Under the pieces are notes generated by a model. It was not told where the DNA came from, did not search any database, and was given only the letters and a program-made list of their open reading frames with translations. Shown here piece by piece: positions 23,357-32,000 of a stretch of DNA of 32,000 nt. Location: NCBI RefSeq assembly GCF_000039765.1, contig NC_004460.2, positions 450,001 through 482,000 on the forward strand, given 5' to 3'. The position numbers and the translations under genes were made by a program. How positions within the stretch are numbered: position 1 is the first letter of the stretch; the number at the start of each line of letters is the position of its first letter. This DNA comes from Vibrio vulnificus CMCP6 (lineage in GTDB: Bacteria; Pseudomonadota; Gammaproteobacteria; Enterobacterales; Vibrionaceae).

Positions 23357-24490
23357 TTACTCATTTTTGTCTGCTATGCCAACCAAACGGAAATAGCCTT
23401 TCTTGGCGTCTCCATCGGAAATAAGCTCTGCCAGGAGTTCTGGCAAAGACATTCCACACCATCGAATCACTTGTTCAATCGTGTATGAAACGGGTGAATG
23501 CGGTTCTGTTTCACGAAAAAAATCAGCCACTCGTTGCAAATGCACTATGGCCTGTTCACGAGAGTGCATATTTGCGGCCAATAACTGAAAATTAGCTTCG
23601 CCCTGCCCTCGTCCATCGATCTCGCCTTCGTGACTAGAAGCAGAGTGCGATGGTTCATCTGAATTCGTTTCTTTTGAAACCTTGATCATTTTGTCACTCG
23701 CCAAATGCATAATTGCCGAGTGTATTGCATCTAATTTTCGAGAAATGTAGGAACTTGGGGTGACTTCTTCACACGCACTATCCAAAGCCTGTGAAAATCG
23801 TTCAAAAGAACTTATCGCTCTATTTAGATCCTCTATCAGTCTTTGGTAGAACTGACTGCTCGACGATTTGACGGCTTGGGTAATGTCAGATAACTCAGGG
23901 ACACCCTGATCGCGTTTGGCTCGTTTCTTGTCCTCATCACAGCGCTCCAAGTCCAAAGCTTGTTGATACTCCCAATACGCATAAGGTTGTTCTAACAGCC
24001 CTTCGGTCATGGGTATGCACGATAACGGAAAAATGAGCGTCCCCTCATTATCGATGCCATTCAGGCCGATGATGGGCGAAATTCTTGTTTCTAGGCCATC
24101 TTCATCCGGCATTGGATACAGATCTGCCCAATAATTTTCTAAGTAGTAGGTGGCCAGCTCATAGCCAACCGCCATTCCTTTAAAACCATCAAGGCGAGTT
24201 AACGCTTCGATAAGCCATGCCACGTACTCGAGATCTTTGGTTTGTGACGTCAGTGCCTGCGGAACTTCATCAAGAAACACTTGCCAGAGGTTGGCATAGT
24301 TAAGAATAGGCTCTTCTTCAATAATGGCATTTCGCTCAATATTTCTCGCCTGCATTCTCTGGTCTTTCAGTCGGTAATAGAGTGACTGAGGCGTAATATC
24401 ACTTCTTGGATCCACACCTGCTGGCTGCTCGGCAGAAATTGGCAGTAAGGCCGGCTCAAACCAAGTGAACTCCTCATAGTGATGACTCAT
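23357..24490 (-). CDS. tssA: TssA (ImpA_N-domain) protein
   Basis: 377 aa. The N-terminus ISAEQPAGVDPRSD...YYRLKDQR is ImpA_N-like. A GGAGGG Shine-Dalgarno is present, and the ATG overlaps the pppA stop by 1 nt. Confidence 0.85.
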   Translation of the reverse strand: MSHHYEEFTWFEPALLPISAEQPAGVDPRSDITPQSLYYRLKDQRMQARNIERNAIIEEEPILNYANLWQVFLDEVPQALTSQTKDLEYVAWLIEALTRLDGFKGMAVGYELATYYLENYWADLYPMPDEDGLETRISPIIGLNGIDNEGTLIFPLSCIPMTEGLLEQPYAYWEYQQALDLERCDEDKKRAKRDQGVPELSDITQAVKSSSSQFYQRLIEDLNRAISSFERFSQALDSACEEVTPSSYISRKLDAIHSAIMHLASDKMIKVSKETNSDEPSHSASSHEGEIDGRGQGEANFQLLAANMHSREQAIVHLQRVADFFRETEPHSPVSYTIEQVIRWCGMSLPELLAELISDGDAKKGYFRLVGIADKNE

Positions 24491-25284
24491 TACACCCTCC
24501 TTCTTGCATAAACTGGCACCGTTGCATCAGACGAATGAGACACGCCCTCTTGAACCAATTGCTTTTCTTTGGCCACTTTGATCAATGCGCACGTAACATT
24601 GTCATTTGCCCCCCGCACTAACGCAGCGTGAAGAAGGGCAAGACCTGACTGATTAACCGAGTCTGCACACATAATCTGATGTATTTCGCTATTACTAAGC
24701 TCTTTAGTCAAACCGTCACTGCAAAGGAGAAACTGATCGCCATGAAGCAACTGCCCCGACTGTTGGTCAATTCTCACCGTCTCTTCGACGCCAACCGCCC
24801 TCGTTATTACATTGGCTAAAGGATGCTTTTCTGCATCTTCTTCCGCTAGCAGTCCCTGCTCAACTAACTCCATCACTTGGCTGTGATCTCGTGTCTTTTG
24901 TACCAAGTGATTGTCTCTGAGTAGGTAAATGCGGCTATCACCAACCCACAGACAATGGAAATAACCGTCCTGTAAGAACAACAGCACAACGGTGGAACCC
25001 ATGGTTTTGCCATCGAGGTGAACTTGGGCGTACTGGAAAATTTCCCTATTGGCCACTTCGATCATCTGACGCAATTCATCGATGCCGAAATCTGGTGTGT
25101 CGAGAACAAATCTTTCAATGCGATCGACAAGCATTTGGCTCGCAACATCGCCAGCTGAATGCCCACCCATGCCATCTGCAACGACCCATACACGCCTTGC
25201 GGTCATATCCAACAACGCATCCTCGTTGTAAGGGCGGACTTTACCTGCGTGTGTCTTGGAAAATGTAAAGAAACTCCAACTCAT
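24490..25284 (-). CDS. pppA: PppA, PP2C-family Ser/Thr phosphatase (T6SS post-translational regulator)
   Basis: The sequence FSKTHAGKVRPYNEDA...VADGMGGHSAGDVAS...SDGLT...GANDNVT carries PP2C motifs. I chose the ATG at 25284 (MSWSFFTF). The track start at 25362 would overlap tagF by 68 nt. Confidence 0.88.
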   Translation of the reverse strand: MSWSFFTFSKTHAGKVRPYNEDALLDMTARRVWVVADGMGGHSAGDVASQMLVDRIERFVLDTPDFGIDELRQMIEVANREIFQYAQVHLDGKTMGSTVVLLFLQDGYFHCLWVGDSRIYLLRDNHLVQKTRDHSQVMELVEQGLLAEEDAEKHPLANVITRAVGVEETVRIDQQSGQLLHGDQFLLCSDGLTKELSNSEIHQIMCADSVNQSGLALLHAALVRGANDNVTCALIKVAKEKQLVQEGVSHSSDATVPVYARRRV

Positions 25285-25294
25285 TCGATCACCG

Positions 25295-25990
25295 TTACCA
25301 ATTCCATTTCTGCCATTGCCCATCCAACATTGCGGCAAATTTGCCAATTTGAGGTAAACCATCCATGACGAGCATCATCGGCTCGATGGCATCATTACCA
25401 TCCGTCCACCAGTAGCACGGCTTAGGGAACTGCTGTCGAACAACATGAGAGAGCAAACTCATCACATTGGTTTCTGTATGTTCCTTAATAAAGAGGTTTT
25501 CTCCGCTCAGTTTCTTTTGGGAAACCGGTAACGTTTCTGCCGAAATAGCGTTAATTAACTCTGTACCGGACTGTAGATTCTGACTCCAAACGTCGAAGGT
25601 AAAATGGTCGTCCAGCACGGTTAACGCCAGATCTTGCGATTCATTGGCCCAATCTCGACAGCTCCAATAGCTCACGGCATCACCAAGAACGGGCCTGGCT
25701 AATGTAAAAAAGAAGTACCGTCCAGCAGCATCTACGCTAGGAATCATCGTTCCGATGATCGTGGCGTCATTGGTTACACCACTGTCCAATGCGAAATGCC
25801 AAATTGGCGCGTTTAGAAAATGGCTTTGCCATGTTTCCTGTAGCTGTTCTTTGCTAACGGCGATAATCGCCTGCTGCCAGTCGTGGAAAAGATCCGCAAA
25901 AGGTTTCGGCAAGTCTTGCTTGATAAAATCCCCTTTCGCAGGAATTTTGCCTATAAAGCCCCAGCTTGGTGTTATAGCGTTTGCGGACAT
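25295..25990 (-). CDS. tagF: TagF (DUF2094) T6SS repressor/accessory protein
   Basis: 231 aa. The N-terminus WGFIGKIPAKGDFI is the hallmark G-K-h-P-x-x-GDF motif. It sits between tssM and pppA, as in H1-T6SS. Confidence 0.85.
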   Translation of the reverse strand: MSANAITPSWGFIGKIPAKGDFIKQDLPKPFADLFHDWQQAIIAVSKEQLQETWQSHFLNAPIWHFALDSGVTNDATIIGTMIPSVDAAGRYFFFTLARPVLGDAVSYWSCRDWANESQDLALTVLDDHFTFDVWSQNLQSGTELINAISAETLPVSQKKLSGENLFIKEHTETNVMSLLSHVVRQQFPKPCYWWTDGNDAIEPMMLVMDGLPQIGKFAAMLDGQWQKWNW

Positions 25991-28900
25991 CGGAAACTCT
26001 CCATATCACTCGACCAAAATGGGTTCATCGTACTCTTAGGAATCAATTCCAGTTGAACTTTGTTGCCTTTCAAATCAATCATGACGATGTTGTCTTTGCG
26101 AGATTGCGGCCTTGCTTTCAGAGATTGATCAAGCAACTTAAAAATGCCCCATTCGCCCTCATAGGTATAAGCAATTTCACGAATCGAATCGGGTGGTGTG
26201 AAGACCACTCTTGTCGCTGAACGCTTCGCTGGCCAAGAGAGATTTTTTACTCTTGCCGGCCCATGTCGATATGCAAGATTCTGCCCCCCAACTTCCAGTA
26301 CAAAGCTGGTTATATGTTGGTCGAGGTATATCGGTTTCATTGCAAAATCGACTTTTAATGTATTGTCGAGTTCGAAAAACGATTGTCGGATGCGATCTGC
26401 GCGTTGAAATACGGCGAGTGTTTCTTGACTGACACCGATTTCCTTCTCGAAGCGCCACACACTTCTCGACGTATCGACAAACGGTTCCAAGTATTCGACA
26501 AAGAACGCATCAAGTGTTCCGCCGTAGCCAAAGAATCGACTGAAGTCCTTTAACGTCACTTCTGTTTTCGCTCTTGGCTCAAACGGATACCTGCCTTTGA
26601 TGCTGCGCTCATAAGGTTTAAGAACCTTGTTAACCCATAGCGTATTAAGGTGAGATCGCGATCCTTTTTCCGCTAACTTGACCGATTCCTCGGAAAGTTC
26701 ACCTAGCCAGTTGTTGAACGGAGCGGGTAAAAGCTGTTTAGCATGTTCAATTGACGCGGCAACTTCTCCTGTCACGGTGCCATTTAAGATGCTCTTGTAG
26801 GCGACTTTCTGATTATTTCCTGAGCTAGAGAGATCGGCCAAATAACTTTTTAAACCACTCAGTGCGAGATGAATATCGTCAAAGTCTTGGTCTGTCATCC
26901 TAACAAGATCGTCAAACTCGGCTTCCACTTCTTTTCCAGGAAGCGCAATATCAAACGTATTGCCCTCTTCCGGACGATATAAATCAAGTTTGTCCGCCGT
27001 ATTTGAAAATTTCACTTTGGCAACTTTGCCAGCGACTTCAGCTACCGCTTTTTCGTTGTTGCTTAGCGAAATTTTCGTTAATGCCACCTCTTTTTGTACC
27101 GCTTTAAGCAGCGATTCAATTGGTCGCTCAGAGCCCGCTAATGCCATACTCTGCTCTAAACTTAGTTTCAAACTTGGTGCCGCTTTGAGTTGGATGTCAT
27201 TGAGCAGTGTCTTCCATTCATAGACATAGTCACGATAGTAGCGCTCTCTCACACCTTGCAAAGCGAGATCATGGTCGATGTTTTGGGCGTCGATCTCATC
27301 CCCATACACCCAGTTTTCTTCCATCAAGGCTTTTACCATACGACCCAGTTGCAATTGGAAGATGCTATGGAAACCGTTGTACGTGTAGAAACCGGAAATC
27401 CCCATCGATAATGGCTTGCCACTTTTTCGCTCAAACTGCTCAACTCCCCTAGCCCCTAGAACGTCCGTTAAACGAAATGAAGGCACATGACTTTTAAGGA
27501 ACTGCAGTTTCATTCTTTGGTAGGCTCTTTCCGACAACGACATTTCTGTTAGAACCAATCTGGCAGCGGTTACTGAATCGTTGTTGATATATAAGCCTCT
27601 GTCTGCCTGCGACAAAAAGTTCTCGGTATGAGCGTAGAGTTGCTCTCTTAACTCTTCATTCAGTTCACCGGGATACTGCCTTTCAAAGAAATAATTGAAC
27701 CAACCAAGAACATGTTCACGCTCAAATTTGTCATCGTTGAAGAGCATCAAATATGTTTTGAGTGTTTCGTACAGATATTCTCGGTGCTGTTCATTGTTCT
27801 TCATTTCACTGAGAAGTACCGATTCAACATAAGATGAATAGTAATTTGTCAATGCTTGGTGATAAGCACTCTTAGCCGATTGGCCAATTTTTTCACCTTG
27901 AAACAAACCAAACGATGTCACACGATCTCTCTCGTCATCTTGCTGTCTATAACCCATAGGGAAACGCATGATGTGATTGAGAATGTTTATCGAGGGGATC
28001 AAGTCGTTTTCGAAGTCCAGACCAGACTTAGCAAGTAAGTCATTCACCACAGCTACTTGACGATCCGTTTCATCAATGAGTTGATTGTTCCACTGATAAC
28101 TCATCATCCACAGAGTGATGGCAGCCCCAGACAGCGCTAGGCACGAGCAGTAGACGCCTTTTCGGATCCAACCACTTTGCTTTTGATGATGACGATTGAC
28201 CGTCCCTAAAAACTGTTCTTTAAAGATAACATTTTCAAACAAGTTTTTTACAAAATAGCTGCTTGATTCTTTGGAACTTAACCGCAGTAGAGGTTTGCCC
28301 AACCCCAGCCCTTGGGATGTTTCAGACATGATACGATCAACCGGCGTGCCTTCTTGCAACGAACTCACAATAAAGACGCCGCGAATCATTGAAGATTCTT
28401 CAAACTTGTTTTGGGCAAAAATGTCGTTAAGAAACTCGTCTAGATTCGCTTGAAGACAACGCAATTGCTTTGGAAATTCAAAAATTAAAGATCGCTTGTC
28501 AAGGTCATGTTCCGTTTCAAGCCTTTGCATCATGCGGCGATCAAGTCTCTCCAGTAAATCATGAAACTCTTTGTTAAATAGAGAGATGACACCTCGTTCG
28601 TCTTCTACTGAGGGCGGAAACATAAATCCTAATAACTGCTCTCGCTCTTCCTTGGTCAGTTCCGTAAAAAACTCACTAAAACCCGCAATGAGATCAGCCT
28701 TCGTCAACACAACGTAGATTGGGAACTGCATACCCAATTGATTTTTCAGTTCTTGTAGCCGATTTTTTATCGCTCTTGCATGCATGCCTCGTTCGGTGCG
28801 AGTTTGTGTTAGCATACTGGCGATGCTGACGGTAACAATCGCACCATTAATGGGACGCTGTTTACGGTATTGCTTTAATAAGCCTAAGAATCCATACCAT

Positions 28901-29496
28901 GCTTTTGAATCGACATGAGCTTGGCTATCTTGCGTGGTGTACCGGCCAGCCGTATCAATCAACACCGCTTTATTGGTAAACCACCAATCACAATTTCTCG
29001 TACCGCCAATACCAGAAACCGAGTCAACACCCATTGAATCTGATAGAGGAAACTCGAGACCCGATTCTTTTAATGCCGTCGTTTTACCTGTTCCAGGAGG
29101 ACCAATAAGTACATACCAAGGCAACTGGTAGAGATGACTCTTACGCTTTCCACCTTTCGTCACGACTTGAATCGCCTTCTCAATTCTTTCGCGCATGACG
29201 TCTATTTCTGCCGCCGCTTCTTTATCGGTCAGGGCATCCACCTCTAATAGGCTTTGGATGCTTTCATCTTGTTCCTTTCGCTCCTTCTGTTGACGGACAA
29301 CATTCGTTACGCCCCAAATGAAGACTAAAACCACAATAACCAACAAACGGTTAAAGTCTGATTTCAGTGGCTCTATGCCTGCTATCGCGATCAATGGTCC
29401 GACAAACCAAATAAAAATAGAAATTGCCCCAAGCCCGATCAAGCTAATCAGCCATTTTTGCCCCAATAAACGTTTAATCTTTGCCATTGTTTGCAT
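25972..29496 (-). CDS. tssM: TssM (IcmF) membrane-complex protein
   Basis: 1174 aa with N-terminal TM segments, a Walker A (GPPGTGKTT) and a long periplasmic domain. Confidence 0.95.
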   Translation of the reverse strand: MQTMAKIKRLLGQKWLISLIGLGAISIFIWFVGPLIAIAGIEPLKSDFNRLLVIVVLVFIWGVTNVVRQQKERKEQDESIQSLLEVDALTDKEAAAEIDVMRERIEKAIQVVTKGGKRKSHLYQLPWYVLIGPPGTGKTTALKESGLEFPLSDSMGVDSVSGIGGTRNCDWWFTNKAVLIDTAGRYTTQDSQAHVDSKAWYGFLGLLKQYRKQRPINGAIVTVSIASMLTQTRTERGMHARAIKNRLQELKNQLGMQFPIYVVLTKADLIAGFSEFFTELTKEEREQLLGFMFPPSVEDERGVISLFNKEFHDLLERLDRRMMQRLETEHDLDKRSLIFEFPKQLRCLQANLDEFLNDIFAQNKFEESSMIRGVFIVSSLQEGTPVDRIMSETSQGLGLGKPLLRLSSKESSSYFVKNLFENVIFKEQFLGTVNRHHQKQSGWIRKGVYCSCLALSGAAITLWMMSYQWNNQLIDETDRQVAVVNDLLAKSGLDFENDLIPSINILNHIMRFPMGYRQQDDERDRVTSFGLFQGEKIGQSAKSAYHQALTNYYSSYVESVLLSEMKNNEQHREYLYETLKTYLMLFNDDKFEREHVLGWFNYFFERQYPGELNEELREQLYAHTENFLSQADRGLYINNDSVTAARLVLTEMSLSERAYQRMKLQFLKSHVPSFRLTDVLGARGVEQFERKSGKPLSMGISGFYTYNGFHSIFQLQLGRMVKALMEENWVYGDEIDAQNIDHDLALQGVRERYYRDYVYEWKTLLNDIQLKAAPSLKLSLEQSMALAGSERPIESLLKAVQKEVALTKISLSNNEKAVAEVAGKVAKVKFSNTADKLDLYRPEEGNTFDIALPGKEVEAEFDDLVRMTDQDFDDIHLALSGLKSYLADLSSSGNNQKVAYKSILNGTVTGEVAASIEHAKQLLPAPFNNWLGELSEESVKLAEKGSRSHLNTLWVNKVLKPYERSIKGRYPFEPRAKTEVTLKDFSRFFGYGGTLDAFFVEYLEPFVDTSRSVWRFEKEIGVSQETLAVFQRADRIRQSFFELDNTLKVDFAMKPIYLDQHITSFVLEVGGQNLAYRHGPARVKNLSWPAKRSATRVVFTPPDSIREIAYTYEGEWGIFKLLDQSLKARPQSRKDNIVMIDLKGNKVQLELIPKSTMNPFWSSDMESFRCPQTL

Positions 29497-30802
29497 CCAT
29501 TTTTGATTGGGTTTGAACTAGGAGATCGATTTCGACTCTACGGTTGATACTTCTTCCTTCTGCGGTTTCATTTGATACCAAAGGTCTCGCATCTCCCATT
29601 CCTTCAGGAATGACGCGCCCACTCAATTTGCCTGCTGATGCTAAGCGATCGGTAAGCGCTGTCGCTCTGGCGAGAGATAAATGCCAGTTAGAAGGGAATT
29701 TACTGGTAAAAATGGGGTTATTATCGGTATGTCCGACAACCAATATTTTTCCATTGGTCGCCTCGAGTGCTCTGGCCACTTTCGAAACCACAGGGAATAT
29801 ATGCGCGACAAGCTCCGCACTGCCCGATTCAAACAGATCATTGGACTGAAAAGTAATACGCACTCTATCGGGTAATGCATCGACTTTTAGTAAAACCATT
29901 TCTATTTCCGTTGCCAACGAACGTTGGATTTGATTTGCTACGGCAAGAGACGAAATATAATCCGCACTCTGGTTCTCTATCTCTTTGCTCGGCACTAAGT
30001 TCATTAACTGACTAAAGGTCTGATCGGATTTTTCGTTTAGGCTATAACTTAAGTACATGTACACACTGACTAACACAGCCGCGGTAATTGATAAAACAAC
30101 CCACAATGGTGCTTTTTCTGCGATCTGCTCACCAACCAATACTTTGGCTAACGCATCATCGTTGAGTGAAGGACTGTAGTCCCGACCGTGCGATTTAAGG
30201 ACATCCATTACGCGGTTTTTTAAGGAACGATGTTGCTCGATTCCATTTTCTCGAACTCGAAATTGCCCCAAAAAACCTAAGCTCATGCAGATATACATGA
30301 CTTCTAGCAGATCTAAGTGCTTATTGGGTTCGGCAAGACTTTCATCGAGATGTATGAAGAACTGCTCACCGCCTTGAGTGTTGGAATAGAATGTCGACAA
30401 TAACGAGTTGTGTCCCCAAACGGATTGACTTCCCCATTCGGTATTTAGGACGGCTTCATCGATAGCACAACATAAACAGTAGCGTGCGATATCGATCTGC
30501 TTACTATTTGCGCCTTGTAATCTCAACCGGTTTTCATAGTCACGCATTTTTTGCACAAATGCTTCACGTAACTGTTTGACATCACTGTGCGTGGCCGTCG
30601 CTCTAATTTGGCCAAGCAAGGAAACAATGACATTCGCTTCTGCCAGCAGTACGTTATTGCCAAACGCGACGATACTCGTTTCACGCGTTTCTTTACTATT
30701 TTGCGTAAAGAGAACCGTGTTATCGCTTTCAAGCGATGCAACAGGTGTCGACTGCGGTGCTTTTTTACGCCCAGGGGTTGGTTTTACAATCGTTTCGTCC
30801 AT
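29474..30802 (-). CDS. tssL: TssL (DotU/IcmH) fused to an OmpA-like peptidoglycan-binding domain
   Basis: The DotU core reads GGEQFFIHLDE...LLEVMYICMSLGFLGQFRV. One TM segment follows. The C-terminus VVGHTDNNPI...NWHLSLARATA...NRRVEIDL is an OmpA/MotB-type motif. Confidence 0.92.
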   Translation of the reverse strand: MDETIVKPTPGRKKAPQSTPVASLESDNTVLFTQNSKETRETSIVAFGNNVLLAEANVIVSLLGQIRATATHSDVKQLREAFVQKMRDYENRLRLQGANSKQIDIARYCLCCAIDEAVLNTEWGSQSVWGHNSLLSTFYSNTQGGEQFFIHLDESLAEPNKHLDLLEVMYICMSLGFLGQFRVRENGIEQHRSLKNRVMDVLKSHGRDYSPSLNDDALAKVLVGEQIAEKAPLWVVLSITAAVLVSVYMYLSYSLNEKSDQTFSQLMNLVPSKEIENQSADYISSLAVANQIQRSLATEIEMVLLKVDALPDRVRITFQSNDLFESGSAELVAHIFPVVSKVARALEATNGKILVVGHTDNNPIFTSKFPSNWHLSLARATALTDRLASAGKLSGRVIPEGMGDARPLVSNETAEGRSINRRVEIDLLVQTQSKMDANNGKD

Positions 30803-30810
30803 AGCTTCAC

Positions 30811-32000
30811 TTATTGGTTAATACTCCAAAGCTCCATTTCTAACCCTGGGTAATTACCAGAGACATGAAATGCCATTCCCCCGCTTTCATTTAAACGAGC
30901 CCAATAAGCGCCTTGTTTAACCAGCTCAAAATAGACGTAGCCTGCTGCGTAAGGCATCTGTCTTGGCACCACATTCAGTGGCGAAACGGCAATACCGTTG
31001 ATCTGATTATTGATAAGGTCGCGAATATTCTCTGCGGGTCCAACTTTGATTTGTCCTGGTAACTTTTTTCTAATTTCATCGGCAGAGACATCGGCTTTAA
31101 CGGCCAATACAAACTGACAAAGTGAAAGCAAACTTTTATCTGGTAATGGCGTAACGCGAATCCCAAACTGGCGAATATCCAAGGGCATCTTGGTCGCAGT
31201 TTGCTCCAATACCACACTCAGATATTGACTGAGGATTTGATTCATCTCAGAAAAGACAGGCCCCAAATTACTGTGTTGGTATTCGGGAAGCTTAGGGACT
31301 CGCTTATTTTTACTCGAAAAAGTGGACAGCTCACCAATTAAGCTCAATAAGGCCGTCGCTAACTCATGTGGATGAAGCTCACTCCCTTTCGATAAATGTC
31401 TTAAATTAGCCTCATAACGATTCAGCATCTGTAGCATAATGAAATCTACTGCAGAGGAAGACGCTGACTTGCCTTGTCCGAGACGACTTGCAATGGCGTC
31501 TGCCCTAATTTTGATCATGGCTAAAACGTTATTCAGATAACGAGTAAGCAGCGAACTATGGTGGACATTAAGGAAAGGTGGTACGAACTCTTCATCAAGA
31601 ATGACTTGACCTTCGCTACCAACATGACGAATTTTCACCAGAGGCAAAGAGACATAGCCCGGCAAATTGTCATTGGTTGCCTTTAACTCGCACTTAAGCG
31701 CCGCGAGTTGAAGTACTTCTTCATCACCAGACACGCTATCGGTTAAGGTGTGATCAACCACCTTATAGCGCGTTACCATTGAAGTCTCGGAATGGGAAAC
31801 GTTTTGGCCTTGGGATTTTTCTGCAGGTATCACAAGCTGAACCAAAGTATTTTCAATCCCTGGCTCAATTTTGAGTGGCTCAGGAAGCTGCTCGTTAATA
31901 GGTATGTTAACGAATGTCATATCGGAGAAAATTCCAACACACTCAGTTAGCGATACAACCCCTTCTTTCAACTGTTCTTTGTCGAGAGAAAACGATTCAA
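30811..32000 (-). CDS. tssK: TssK baseplate protein (5' end beyond the right window edge)
   Basis: The reading frame stays open to nt 32000; the ORF-track start is a TTG. The C-terminus FHVSGNYPGLEMELWSINQ is typical TssK, and the gene sits immediately upstream of tssL. Confidence 0.88.
   Translation of the reverse strand, partial: ESFSLDKEQLKEGVVSLTECVGIFSDMTFVNIPINEQLPEPLKIEPGIENTLVQLVIPAEKSQGQNVSHSETSMVTRYKVVDHTLTDSVSGDEEVLQLAALKCELKATNDNLPGYVSLPLVKIRHVGSEGQVILDEEFVPPFLNVHHSSLLTRYLNNVLAMIKIRADAIASRLGQGKSASSSAVDFIMLQMLNRYEANLRHLSKGSELHPHELATALLSLIGELSTFSSKNKRVPKLPEYQHSNLGPVFSEMNQILSQYLSVVLEQTATKMPLDIRQFGIRVTPLPDKSLLSLCQFVLAVKADVSADEIRKKLPGQIKVGPAENIRDLINNQINGIAVSPLNVVPRQMPYAAGYVYFELVKQGAYWARLNESGGMAFHVSGNYPGLEMELWSINQ

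Noticed and set aside
1-32000. CRISPR arrays, tRNA/rRNA genes, integrase/att sites, and a phage or defence island
   Set aside because: I noticed no short direct-repeat/spacer periodicity, cloverleaf-like segments or rRNA-like conserved blocks. The only repeats found are the rhs homology blocks and the IS inverted repeats.

Overview
All credible genes in this window are on the minus strand, so it reads right to left. No rRNA, tRNA or CRISPR array was seen.

(1) About 10.25-32.0 kb is a tightly coupled type VI secretion system (T6SS) structural operon. Many junctions are ATGA or stop/start overlaps. The gene order resembles the Pseudomonas H1-T6SS: tssK (5' end off-window), tssL (DotU with an OmpA-like C-terminus), tssM, tagF, pppA, tssA, tssB, tssC, a second divergent tssC-like gene, tagJ, tssE, tssF, tssG, clpV, hcp, vgrG, PAAR.

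(2) About 4.5-10.25 kb is the effector module, abutting the PAAR gene. It holds an unrecognised 302-aa gene, a 1477-aa Rhs/YD-repeat effector, and a 142-aa acidic putative immunity gene. The 302-aa product may be a degenerate ketosynthase/thiolase-like protein. The extreme C-terminus of the Rhs carries a minimal nucleotidyltransferase signature (GS-x10-DxD). This is the most novel-looking element.

(3) 1-4.5 kb is an orphan toxin/immunity array:
- two immunity-like ORFs, each preceded by a short toxin 3' remnant;
- a decayed IS903-group IS with no target-site duplication;
- an XRE-type HTH pseudogene on the plus strand;
- an orphan Rhs tip encoding a His-Me/Endonuclease_NS_2-like nuclease with an overlapping YezG/DUF600-like immunity gene;
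- a second orphan rhs fragment running off the left edge.

Both orphan tips share DNA homology with the main rhs (about 95 nt and about 327 nt), which could allow toxin switching by recombination. Gene content and composition suggest a Vibrionaceae-like gammaproteobacterium, but that is inference only. All family assignments come from motif recognition by eye, not from searches.
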